From an uncultured bacterium (GTDB lineage: Bacteria; Fidelibacterota; Fidelibacteria; Fidelibacterales; Fidelibacteraceae): 64,000 nucleotides of DNA. Shown piece by piece: positions 48,140 through 56,477 of this stretch. The stretch spans positions 86,841 to 150,840 of the forward strand of contig CAZNFT010000001.1 of assembly GCA_964572745.1 (NCBI GenBank). Direction: 5' to 3'. Under the pieces are notes generated by a model. It made no database searches. It was not told where the DNA came from and was given only the letters and a program-made list of their open reading frames with translations. Position 1 is the first letter of the stretch. Each line of letters begins with the position of its first letter. Both the position numbers and the translations under genes were made by a program.

Positions 48140-49771
48140 ATGATCTTATCGTACAAAGAAAAAAAAATTAAAATTAATTATAATACAGCTTTAACAGGTC
48201 TTGATATTGTCCGGGAATATTTTCCTGGTTCAAATATCTTGTGCATGGCTTCTAATAATGAGTTACATAGTCTGAATAATGTTATTGATAGCAATGTTGA
48301 CTGTTGCAGCTTTTATGATATTTATGATACGGCCGGTGCCAGATGTCTGGCCATTAGTACAACAGCTCTGATGCTTATGTCGGCTGAAGGACTTTTTAAA
48401 GATACCCGCATATCTGTTGAGCATTCTTATGGAAAAGGCTTTTATTGTGAGCCTGTCCGCCCAGAAACTTTAAATGATAATTATCTTCAGGAATTAGAAG
48501 ATAAAATGAGAGATTACATAAGTAAAGACCATGTTTTTAAAGAAGTCTGTATAAAACCCGAAGATCTTGGAAAGATCAAATTAAAGCGTTTTGATGTGCT
48601 TAAAAATTCACCTAAAAAATGTTTTCCCATTTATGAGCTTGATACTTTTAAGCATTGGTTTATTTCTCCCTTAGTTCCTTCGGCGGCCTATTTAAAAAAA
48701 TTCAGACTTACAGCTTACAAAAATGGCTTTGTTTTAGAATTTCCAACTAAATCATCTCCGGAAAAAATACCTCCATTCACACCTTCGCCTAATCTTTTTA
48801 CTGTGATCCGTGAAAGTGAACACCGAGGTAATATGCTGGAAATTCGCCATGTTAATGACCTTAACGAAAGAGCTTTAGCTGGGCGTGATGCTGAAGCCAT
48901 TCAATTATATGAAGCCTTGCACGAAAAAAAGGTTGCTGAAATTGCCGATGTGATCATGTGCCGAGAAGATTTAAGATTTGTATTTATTGCCGGACCTTCT
49001 TCTTCGGGTAAAACCACTTTTATGAAGCGCTTATCTTTACAATTGCGTATCAACGGCCTTAAGCCTCAACATTTATCCTTGGATGATTATTTTGTGGATC
49101 GTCATCAAACACCCTTAGATGAAAAGGGTGGATTAGATTTTGAGCATTTTAATGCCATAGACCATCAGCTTTTAAATAAAGATTTGGTCTCTCTTATGAA
49201 TGGAAAGGGTGTACAATTACCACGATTTATTTTCAAGGATGGTTGTAAAGAATTTTCTGATACGCTTACATATTTAAAAGACGATGAAATCCTTATTTTG
49301 GAAGGTATTCATGGTTTAAATCCTGACTTAGCATCACCAATTCCTGAAAACACTAAGTTCAGAATTTATATATCCGCTTTGACACAGTTAAATTATAACC
49401 TGTATAATCGTGTATCTACATCGGATACACGTTTACTTAGACGGATGTACAGAGATTCGCAATTTCGTAATCACTCTCTCGAAGAAACGCTTCAGCGCTG
49501 GCCCTCGGTGCGTAGTGGTGAAAATAAATGGATCTTTCCTTTTCAAGAAAATGCTGATATCTACTTTAATTCTGCATTGGAATACGAATGGTCTGTTTTT
49601 AGTGGCATTTTACTTGATATGCTTTCCAAGATCCCGAAAGATTCACCTGTAAAGGTGGAATCTGAACGTTTATGCCGATTAATGGAATTATTTGTTCCCT
49701 TTGAAAGCAAGTTTATTCCACCCACATCACTGCTACAGGAATTTTTAGGCGGTAGTTCTTTTGTGTATTAA
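48140..49771 (+). CDS. Uridine-kinase/PRK-family P-loop kinase with N-terminal TGS-like extension (putative nucleoside kinase)
   Basis: 543 aa. Walker A FIAGPSSSGKTTF and ILEGIHGLNP block. Confidence 0.6.
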   Translation: MILSYKEKKIKINYNTALTGLDIVREYFPGSNILCMASNNELHSLNNVIDSNVDCCSFYDIYDTAGARCLAISTTALMLMSAEGLFKDTRISVEHSYGKGFYCEPVRPETLNDNYLQELEDKMRDYISKDHVFKEVCIKPEDLGKIKLKRFDVLKNSPKKCFPIYELDTFKHWFISPLVPSAAYLKKFRLTAYKNGFVLEFPTKSSPEKIPPFTPSPNLFTVIRESEHRGNMLEIRHVNDLNERALAGRDAEAIQLYEALHEKKVAEIADVIMCREDLRFVFIAGPSSSGKTTFMKRLSLQLRINGLKPQHLSLDDYFVDRHQTPLDEKGGLDFEHFNAIDHQLLNKDLVSLMNGKGVQLPRFIFKDGCKEFSDTLTYLKDDEILILEGIHGLNPDLASPIPENTKFRIYISALTQLNYNLYNRVSTSDTRLLRRMYRDSQFRNHSLEETLQRWPSVRSGENKWIFPFQENADIYFNSALEYEWSVFSGILLDMLSKIPKDSPVKVESERLCRLMELFVPFESKFIPPTSLLQEFLGGSSFVY

Positions 49772-50071
49772 GCAGTGGGAATTATTGAAAAAAAATACTT
49801 AGCCATATCATATAGTAGTATAAATTTAGGCGGAGCTATTCAATGCTTTAGGAAGCCCTTTTTTTGTATTACAAGCTTTTCTCTTTTATTGCCATCAAAA
49901 CTAGTGTTTTTTGAGAATTTTATCAAAAAAAGTTCAGCTTTTTCTTGTAAATACTTGATGGAAAATAAAGCAATAAATTACACAAAATTCGCAAATTAAG
50001 GTTGGCTCTTTCTAAAAAGATTTCTAAATTCAAAAGACTTGAAAACTATACTAAACATTAGAGGTGTAAAA

Positions 50072-51238
50072 ATGATTATTGGTATTCCCAAGGAGATCAT
50101 GCCTGGAGAACGCCGCATTGCCGCGTCGCCAGAAACAGTAGAAAAAATGGTAAAGGACGGACTAAGCGTTCTTGTTGAAGTGCAAGGCGGAGAGGGTTCT
50201 TTTTATCATGACCCCGAATATGTAGCCGCTGGAGCTGAACTTGTTGATGATGTTAGTGATATTTATGAACGCTCTGACGTTATCTTAAAAGTAAAAGAAC
50301 CCCTTTTCAATAAAGAAAAGAACAAGCATGAAGTTGATATGATGAAAGAAGGCCAGACCCTTATTACTTTTATCCACCCTGCTGCACCGATCAATCACGA
50401 TATGGTGAAACGACTTGCGGCTAAAGGCGTTACAAGTCTTACACTTGATGGTATTCCGCGTATCACACGAGCACAGACCATGGATGCACTAACTTCTATG
50501 AGTACTTGTGCAGGATACAAAGGTATGTTAATTGCTGTCAATGAATTACCACATTTTGCTCCACAGATTTTTACCGCAGTTGGAATGATCAAACCTATCA
50601 ATGTTTTGGTTGTGGGTGTTGGTGTTGCCGGTCTTCAGTCCATTGCAACAGCTAAACGTCTTGGTGCTGTTGTTTATGCTGCCGATATTCGTCCGGCCGC
50701 TGCAGAACAGGCAATGTCACTTGGCTGTAAGATCATCGACTTGGAAGTTCCTGCTAACGAGGCCGTTGGTGAAGGTGGTTATGCACTTGCTTTATCAGAA
50801 GATCGTCTTAAAAAAGAACGTAAGATTCTTGCAGAACATGTTAAAGATATGGACATTATTATTTTATCTGCCCTTGTACCCGGTAAATTAGCTCCCAATA
50901 TTATCACCGAAGAAATGGTAAAGAGTATGAAAAACGGTGCGGCTATTGTTGATATTTCCATTGACCAAGGTGGTAACTGCGAGATCACTCCTCCAGGTGT
51001 TATTGAAACGAAACATCATGTTACATTGATCGGTATTAAAAATATCCCCGGACTTCTTCCTACAAGTTCAACCTGGATGTTCTCACAGAATGTTTACAAT
51101 CTTCTGGAATACCTCGTCAAGGATGGAGAGATCCATCTTGATCTGGATGATCCTATTATTCAGAGCTCTTTGACAACCTATAAAGGTGAAGTCGTTCACC
51201 AAGGTGCATTGGAAGCATTCGCCGCACTTGGGCATTAA
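50072..51238 (+). CDS. pntAA: NAD(P) transhydrogenase subunit alpha part 1 (dI, NAD(H)-binding)
   Basis: ORF 50039..51238. ATG at 50072 follows GAGGTG and gives MIIGIPKEIMPGERR. Rossmann VLVVGVGVAGLQ. Confidence 0.9.
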   Translation: MIIGIPKEIMPGERRIAASPETVEKMVKDGLSVLVEVQGGEGSFYHDPEYVAAGAELVDDVSDIYERSDVILKVKEPLFNKEKNKHEVDMMKEGQTLITFIHPAAPINHDMVKRLAAKGVTSLTLDGIPRITRAQTMDALTSMSTCAGYKGMLIAVNELPHFAPQIFTAVGMIKPINVLVVGVGVAGLQSIATAKRLGAVVYAADIRPAAAEQAMSLGCKIIDLEVPANEAVGEGGYALALSEDRLKKERKILAEHVKDMDIIILSALVPGKLAPNIITEEMVKSMKNGAAIVDISIDQGGNCEITPPGVIETKHHVTLIGIKNIPGLLPTSSTWMFSQNVYNLLEYLVKDGEIHLDLDDPIIQSSLTTYKGEVVHQGALEAFAALGH

Positions 51239-51254
51239 TAAACGCCTTATAATT

Positions 51255-51284
51255 TACCGCACCCTTCAAGGTGCGGTATTTTTC
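51255..51284 (+). terminator. Strong intrinsic-terminator-like hairpin between pntAA and pntAB
   Basis: TACCGCACC-cttcaa-GGTGCGGTA (perfect 9 bp) followed by TTTTT. Confidence 0.65.
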
Positions 51285-51325
51285 TATAGTAGAAAAAATA
51301 AACTGTAAATAAGAGGAAATAATCT

Positions 51326-51631
51326 ATGACAACAACACAGGGCATTTTAGTCGCCGTTTTCATTGTGGCTACCCTGGTCGGTTATAAGATCATCAACCGC
51401 GTACCAAGTCTTTTACACACACCGCTAATGTCGGGCATGAACGCTTTTTCTGGCGTTACCGTTCTCGGTTGTCTTTCTGCAACTGCAATAGCAGTACATT
51501 TAGGCAGTCAGGTTCTTGGTTTTATTGCCATCGTTATTGCGATGATCAATGTGGTGGGTGGTTTTGGAGTTACCGATCGCATGCTTCGCATGTTTCACGG
51601 AAGTAAACCAAAAGAGGAGGGTAAAAAATAA
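51326..51631 (+). CDS. pntAB: NAD(P) transhydrogenase subunit alpha part 2 (membrane, dII)
   Basis: 101 aa with three TM helices. LHTPLMSGMNAFSG motif. Confidence 0.9.
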   Translation: MTTTQGILVAVFIVATLVGYKIINRVPSLLHTPLMSGMNAFSGVTVLGCLSATAIAVHLGSQVLGFIAIVIAMINVVGGFGVTDRMLRMFHGSKPKEEGKK

Positions 51632-53679
51632 TGTTATTAACTAATTTATTAAACTCTTCTCTATTACCGCTTAATATGCTTGGTGAACAGGCGTCCAGTA
51701 CTCAAAATATTATCTATTATATTGCATCGGCTATCCTTGTGATCGCTGTGCTTATTGGTCTTTCCAAGATGAGTAATGTTAAAACTGCGGTTAAGGGTAA
51801 TGTTATAGGTTCTGTAAGTATGCTTCTTGCCATTGTTTTGACGCTATGGCATTTCAATATTTTTAATGTTGTGCTACTTTGGATCGCTATGCTTGTTGGA
51901 TTGCTCATTGGTATTTATGTTGCCATGAAAGTTAAAATGATCCAGATGCCTCAATTGGTGGGTCTTTTGAATGGTTTTGGTGGTGGTGCTTCAATGCTTG
52001 CGGGTATTTTGACTTTAATTGCTGTAACACCCGATATGACAACTTTTTCGGTTTTAACTGCGAGTCTGGCAATTTTTGTTGGTAGTCTCACTTTGAGCGG
52101 TAGTCTTGTAGCAGCAGGTAAACTCCATAAAGTTCTTCCTCAGAAACCCATTGTATTAAAAGGACATATGTTTTGGACAGTCCTAACACTTGTTTTATCT
52201 TTAGTCACTGTTATTCTTTTTGTGATTCTTCCTGTTTTTGCAGATCCGACCCTTATGATAACACTGATCCTGCTTTGTCTCTTTTTTGCAGCTAGCTTTG
52301 GTGTGATTTTTTCCATTCGTATTGGTGGAGCAGATATGCCGATTACCATTTCGCTGCTCAATTCACTTTCCGGTGTTGCGGGCGCCATTGCCGGTATGGC
52401 AATTGCTGATCCATTGCTTGTTGCTGTTGGTGGTATTGTAGGTGCGTCCGGTTTATTTTTAACACAGATCATGTGCAAGGCGATGAATCGCAAACTCTTT
52501 GAAATCCTGCTTGGTAAAACATCAGTTGCCGGTAAAAAAGCAAAGCCAAAGGAAATAGCTGAAGTTAAAAAGAAAGCTGAGCCTGTTAAAAGTGAAAAAG
52601 TACTTTCTCCCGGGAAGCGTTGCGGTAAATGGCTTAAAGATGCAAAACGTGTTATTATTGTGCCAGGTTACGGTATGGCACTTTCGCAAGCGCAATCAGC
52701 AGTTAAGCAGCTATTGACTGAACTTGAGCATGAAGGCAAAGAAGTAAAATTCGCTATCCATCCGGTTGCCGGTCGTATGCCTGGCCATATGAATGTGCTT
52801 CTTGCTGAAGTTGATGTTCCCTATGATAAATTGTACGAAATGCAGGATATCGACCCTGAATTCAAAGATACTGACGTTGCTATCGTTATTGGTGCAAATG
52901 ATGTTGTTAATCCTGCGGCGAATACGGCTGAAGGTACACCCATTTATGGTATGCCTATTCTTAATGTAGATGAGGCAAAACATGTTATTATGTGTAATTT
53001 CGATAAGCTTCCCGGCTATGCAGGTGTGGATAATCCGCTTTACGACGAAGGCTGCGAAGATCATATTGCTTTGATGTTGGGAGATGCTAAAGAAACACTG
53101 AAAGCCATTATGATTGATTTCCGCGATAGTGATACACCTAAAAAAGCTGAGGGTACTGCTACTGAGTACGCCGGTCAATGGCTAAATGATGCTAAACGCG
53201 TGATCATTGTTCCGGGTTATGGTATGGCGCTGTCTCAGGCACAGTCAATTGTTAAAACTCTGATGCTGGAACTCGAGACAGATGGAGCGGAAGTAAAATT
53301 CGCCATTCATCCGGTTGCCGGTCGTATGCCTGGCCATATGAATGTGCTTCTTGCTGAAGTTGATGTTCCCTATGATAAACTTTACGAGATGCAGGAAATT
53401 AATCCGGAATTTAAAGATACAGATGTTGCCATTGTTATTGGTGCAAATGATGTTGTTAATCCAGCAGCAAATACGGCTGAAGGTACACCCATTTATGGTA
53501 TGCCTATTCTCAATGTAGAAGAGGCAAAACATGTTATTATTTGTAACTTTGATAAACAGCCCGGTTATGCCGGTGTTGATAATCCGCTCTACGAGGATGG
53601 ACGGGAAGATCATATTGCACTTTTGCTAGGTGATGCAAAAGAGACATTGAGAATGCTGACCCGTACTTTCCGTGTCTAA
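51631..53679 (+). CDS. pntB: NAD(P) transhydrogenase subunit beta with two tandem dIII (NADP(H)-binding) domains
   Basis: 682 aa. Polytopic dII part (about residues 1-300), Lys-rich linker, then the dIII sequence twice (GYGMA...HPVAGRMPGHMNVLLAE...GANDVVNPAA in both copies). Confidence 0.9.
   Translation: MLLTNLLNSSLLPLNMLGEQASSTQNIIYYIASAILVIAVLIGLSKMSNVKTAVKGNVIGSVSMLLAIVLTLWHFNIFNVVLLWIAMLVGLLIGIYVAMKVKMIQMPQLVGLLNGFGGGASMLAGILTLIAVTPDMTTFSVLTASLAIFVGSLTLSGSLVAAGKLHKVLPQKPIVLKGHMFWTVLTLVLSLVTVILFVILPVFADPTLMITLILLCLFFAASFGVIFSIRIGGADMPITISLLNSLSGVAGAIAGMAIADPLLVAVGGIVGASGLFLTQIMCKAMNRKLFEILLGKTSVAGKKAKPKEIAEVKKKAEPVKSEKVLSPGKRCGKWLKDAKRVIIVPGYGMALSQAQSAVKQLLTELEHEGKEVKFAIHPVAGRMPGHMNVLLAEVDVPYDKLYEMQDIDPEFKDTDVAIVIGANDVVNPAANTAEGTPIYGMPILNVDEAKHVIMCNFDKLPGYAGVDNPLYDEGCEDHIALMLGDAKETLKAIMIDFRDSDTPKKAEGTATEYAGQWLNDAKRVIIVPGYGMALSQAQSIVKTLMLELETDGAEVKFAIHPVAGRMPGHMNVLLAEVDVPYDKLYEMQEINPEFKDTDVAIVIGANDVVNPAANTAEGTPIYGMPILNVEEAKHVIICNFDKQPGYAGVDNPLYEDGREDHIALLLGDAKETLRMLTRTFRV
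52630..53676 (+). repeat. In-frame tandem duplication inside pntB (period 549 nt)
   Basis: The TGG codon of WL(K/N)DAKRVIIVPGYGMA is at 52630 and again at 53179. 142 of 165 aligned residues are identical by manual count, and many nucleotide differences are synonymous. Confidence 0.95.
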
Positions 53680-53707
53680 TAAATAGACATTGTTTTTATA
53701 AAGATGT

Positions 53708-53738
53708 AGAGGCTGTTCTTGGGAATAGCCTCTTTTTG
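53708..53738 (+). terminator. Rho-independent terminator after pntB
   Basis: AGAGGCT-12 nt loop-AGCCTCT followed by TTTTT. Confidence 0.7.
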
Positions 53739-53862
53739 TTTTATGCCTGTTTTTTTAATAGAACGCTTTGTATAAGTTAGGGGCAAGCAATTTTAATTCA
53801 TCTTTTAAGTTACAGTAAAAATGTTTAAATTATACAAATATCTTTAACATAAAGGACATAAT

Positions 53863-55200
53863 ATGAATAAACGCACTCCCATATCAAAACAATGGTATAA
53901 AAGCATGGAAAATGCTGCAATAGAGAATGAACGTGATGAGATAATTCGCAACAGTATTCTGAATGTTGGTCTTGATGAATCCGCTCTGGATCATAAAGCG
54001 GCATCTTTACAGCAACATACATTTTCAATTGATCTTGAAACTGGTGATATTACTTCTCAAAATAAAAGTGGACGATGCTGGCTGTTTGCTGGTTTAAATA
54101 TCATGCGTTTTGAAGTCATGAAAAAGTTGAATCTCAAGAATTTTGAATTATCGCAGACTCATGCTATGTTTTTTGATAAACTTGAAAAAGCTAATTATTT
54201 TCTTGAAAACATTTTAGATACAATGGATGAGGCCACAGATTCTCGCTTGATTATGTGGTTGCTAGATTCGCCCCTGCAGGATGGTGGTCAGTGGGATATG
54301 TTTACCGCACTGATTGAAAAATATGGTGTAGTTCCTAAAACAGCCATGCCGGAAACATTTCATAGTTCTAATTCTGCTCGCATGAATCAAATTTTAACCT
54401 TAACACTTCGTGCGAATGCTAAGGCATTACGCGAAGCTCATGCAAAGGGAAAAAGTGTCGATGAGTTAAATGCTTGCAAAAAATCAATGATAGAAGAATT
54501 CTATAGACTTCTAACACTTTTCTTGGGAATACCGCCTACAGAATTTGATTTAGAAGTTGTTGATAAAGATAAAAAATTCATTGCTGATCGTAACTTGACA
54601 CCCAAGACATTTTATGATAAATATGTCGAAATGGATTTGAAAAATTACATTTCCATTATCAATTCACCGACAACAAATAAACCCTTTAATAAAACCTATA
54701 CAGTAAGTTATTTGGGGAATGTTGAAGGCGCTAATCCTGTAAAATATATTAATCTTGATATGGCCGCATTTAAGGCACTTACGCTTAAGCCACTTCAGGC
54801 AGGTGATCCTGTTTGGTTCGGCTCCGATGTTGGTAAAAAAATGAAATGCGAAGAAGGTATTCTCGATGAAAATATCTATGCATACTCAGAAGTTTTAAAT
54901 GCCAAGTTTGATTTGGATAAAGCAGGTCGCCTAGACTATGGTGAAAGTCTTATGACCCACGCCATGGTGATTGCGGGTGTAAATCTTGTTGATGGAAAAC
55001 CAAATCGCTGGAAAGTAGAAAACAGTTGGAGTGATAAAACTGGCAATAAGGGTTATTATGTTATGAGCGATGCCTGGTTTGATGAATATGTTTATCAGAT
55101 TGTTATCGACAAGAAATACCTCAGTCCAGAACAGCTTGCGGCATGGGAAACAAAACCGATTGAATTGAAACCTTGGGATCCGATGGGATCGTTGGCATAG
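53863..55200 (+). CDS. pepC: Aminopeptidase C (bleomycin-hydrolase-type C1 cysteine peptidase)
   Basis: 445 aa. QNKSGRCWLFA active-site Cys block, HAMVIAG His and ENSWS. Confidence 0.9.
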   Translation: MNKRTPISKQWYKSMENAAIENERDEIIRNSILNVGLDESALDHKAASLQQHTFSIDLETGDITSQNKSGRCWLFAGLNIMRFEVMKKLNLKNFELSQTHAMFFDKLEKANYFLENILDTMDEATDSRLIMWLLDSPLQDGGQWDMFTALIEKYGVVPKTAMPETFHSSNSARMNQILTLTLRANAKALREAHAKGKSVDELNACKKSMIEEFYRLLTLFLGIPPTEFDLEVVDKDKKFIADRNLTPKTFYDKYVEMDLKNYISIINSPTTNKPFNKTYTVSYLGNVEGANPVKYINLDMAAFKALTLKPLQAGDPVWFGSDVGKKMKCEEGILDENIYAYSEVLNAKFDLDKAGRLDYGESLMTHAMVIAGVNLVDGKPNRWKVENSWSDKTGNKGYYVMSDAWFDEYVYQIVIDKKYLSPEQLAAWETKPIELKPWDPMGSLA

Positions 55201-55491
55201 CCAACGAACAATTGACCGTCCTTCGCTTAAGCTACGGACCGGCAGGCAAAGGACAATTGACAATTAAATGCGAAAGAAACTGTCATGCTAAGCTCCAAAA
55301 CATCGTGGACCAGCGGTTGCAAAAATAATTAAACGCATGTCATCCCGGAAAGATAGCAGACGGCTATTTTATCCGGGATCTCATTTATATGACGATAAAT
55401 ATTTTGAAATGATTTTGCCAAAATATTAGACACTCAATAATCATATCTATCTTATTGTTATTAATAATATTACAATGATTATTTAATCACT

Positions 55492-55513
55492 CAGGGATTT
55501 TCAGTACTCTGTT
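55492..55513. repeat. Direct repeat copy L (CAGGGATTTTCAGTACTCTGTT) of the tRNA-Phe-like anticodon-arm segment
   Basis: 20 of 22 identical to 56247..56268, including a 14-nt perfect core CAGGGATTTTCAGT. Confidence 0.6.
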
Positions 55514-55808
55514 CACTGCTGATAATCAATAAGTTACAAGGTGAGGTGACCAAAAACTGACCGGGGGTTATTTTATATAGTTAATGTACTGTTTTACAAG
55601 TGTTTACAGCATATTATATACATAAATCACACATATACTCTCTAATACCCATTATACTCCAACATCTTAAACGCAGTCAAAGCCTCATTCCCAAACCAAT
55701 TTGGTTTAGGAGCTGCATTAGGCTTTAAAGGTTCACCAGTTAATCTGCTGAAAATACCATAAGAATAGATCGTAGCAATAATATCTACTCTCTCGTCGAT
55801 CGAGAATC

Positions 55809-55916
55809 CCCTACTCTAAGTTAATGGGACATAGCTCCGTTCGTGTAACTGAGTCACATTATGCAGAACTACTGGATAAGGATCTTAGAGAGGGTGTTAT
55901 GCTACTCGATGGTTAG
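55809..55916 (+). pseudogene. Tyrosine-recombinase (phage-type integrase) C-terminal remnant
   Basis: Manual translation gives ...PYSKLMGHSSVRVTESHYAELLDKDLREGVMLLDG-stop, the conserved LGHss..T..Y catalytic-Tyr region. The frame is closed by several stops immediately upstream (55749, 55773, 55779), so only about 40 codons survive. Confidence 0.6.
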
Positions 55917-55940
55917 TTGTAGTTGTTCATAAAGAAGCTT

Positions 55941-55965
55941 GCCCGGAATCCCGGGCTTTTCTTTT
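55941..55965 (+). terminator. Terminator hairpin after the integrase remnant
   Basis: GCCCGG-aatc-CCGGGC followed by TTTTCTTTT. Confidence 0.6.
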
Positions 55966-56123
55966 ACCATTTATTTTTTCATTCCTATACTCTGTCAAAA
56001 AGCATATACGTAAGTAATATGGTGAGTTTCGTCAAAAAAAACGACTAAAAAACGACCGGTAGTGTCCATTTCTGTCCATTATTGTCCATACTCACTATAT
56101 TACTAAATAAATGATGCATAAAC

Positions 56124-56156
56124 AAAAAGCCCTGTAAGTCATTGTTATTACAGGGC
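56124..56156 (-). terminator. Rho-independent terminator for a minus-strand, ORF-free transcript
   Basis: On the minus strand GCCCUGUAA-10 nt loop-UUACAGGGC followed by UUUUU. Begins 6 nt after the ...GGAGCCACCA sequence. Confidence 0.65.
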
Positions 56157-56162
56157 TTTAGA

Positions 56163-56182
56163 TGGTGGCTCCGGCCGGAATC
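56163..56182 (-). other. tRNA 3'-end-like fragment (GATTCCGGCCGGAGCCACCA: T-loop end, T-stem 3' strand, acceptor 3' strand, ACCA)
   Basis: Read directly on the minus strand. The matching T-stem 5' strand, TTC of the T-loop and acceptor 5' strand (GGCTCCG) are not present upstream, so this is a fragment and not an intact gene. Confidence 0.4.
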
Positions 56183-56246
56183 TCCCACTGGGACCCCTAT
56201 GGGGGAACCAGCCCACCTACGTTAAAACTTCGGCGGATAGACTTTA

Positions 56247-56268
56247 CAGGGATTTTCAGTCCCCTGTT
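56247..56268 (-). other. tRNA-Phe(GAA)-like anticodon arm fragment (direct repeat copy R)
   Basis: The minus strand reads CAGGGGACUGAAAAUCCCUGU, nearly identical to the E. coli tRNA-Phe anticodon arm CAGGGGAUUGAAAAUCCCCGU as I recall it. The flanks do not complete a cloverleaf. Confidence 0.4.
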
Positions 56269-56324
56269 ATTAGCTACAATTTAGCATAAAAAATAATTCT
56301 TTGTTTAATCGCCACTAAGCACCC

Positions 56325-56345
56325 ATCACCGATCACCAATCACCG
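56325..56345 (+). repeat. Three tandem heptamers ATCACCG-ATCACCA-ATCACCG
   Basis: Read directly, about 130 nt upstream of the DUF2061-PHP gene. Confidence 0.8.
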
Positions 56346-56477
56346 AATAAAGTCATTTCAATTGTCTGCATATAATACTATATTAGCTAATATTTATTGC
56401 GGACTATTTTTTTTAACAGGAATATGGGAACTGAGCTCACCATAGACTACCCGCAGTCGTTTTGAGTCGCTTAGATC

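Noticed and set aside
52711-53613. Two similar minus-strand ORFs (155 and 122 aa) inside pntB
   Set aside because: They are antisense shadows of the duplicated dIII segment. Their similarity simply reflects the duplication.
56163-56295. Intact tRNA-Phe gene
   Set aside because: The anticodon-arm-like and 3'-end-like pieces are separated by about 60 nt that form neither a variable arm nor a T-arm. The upstream sequence lacks an acceptor 5' strand and a normal D-arm.
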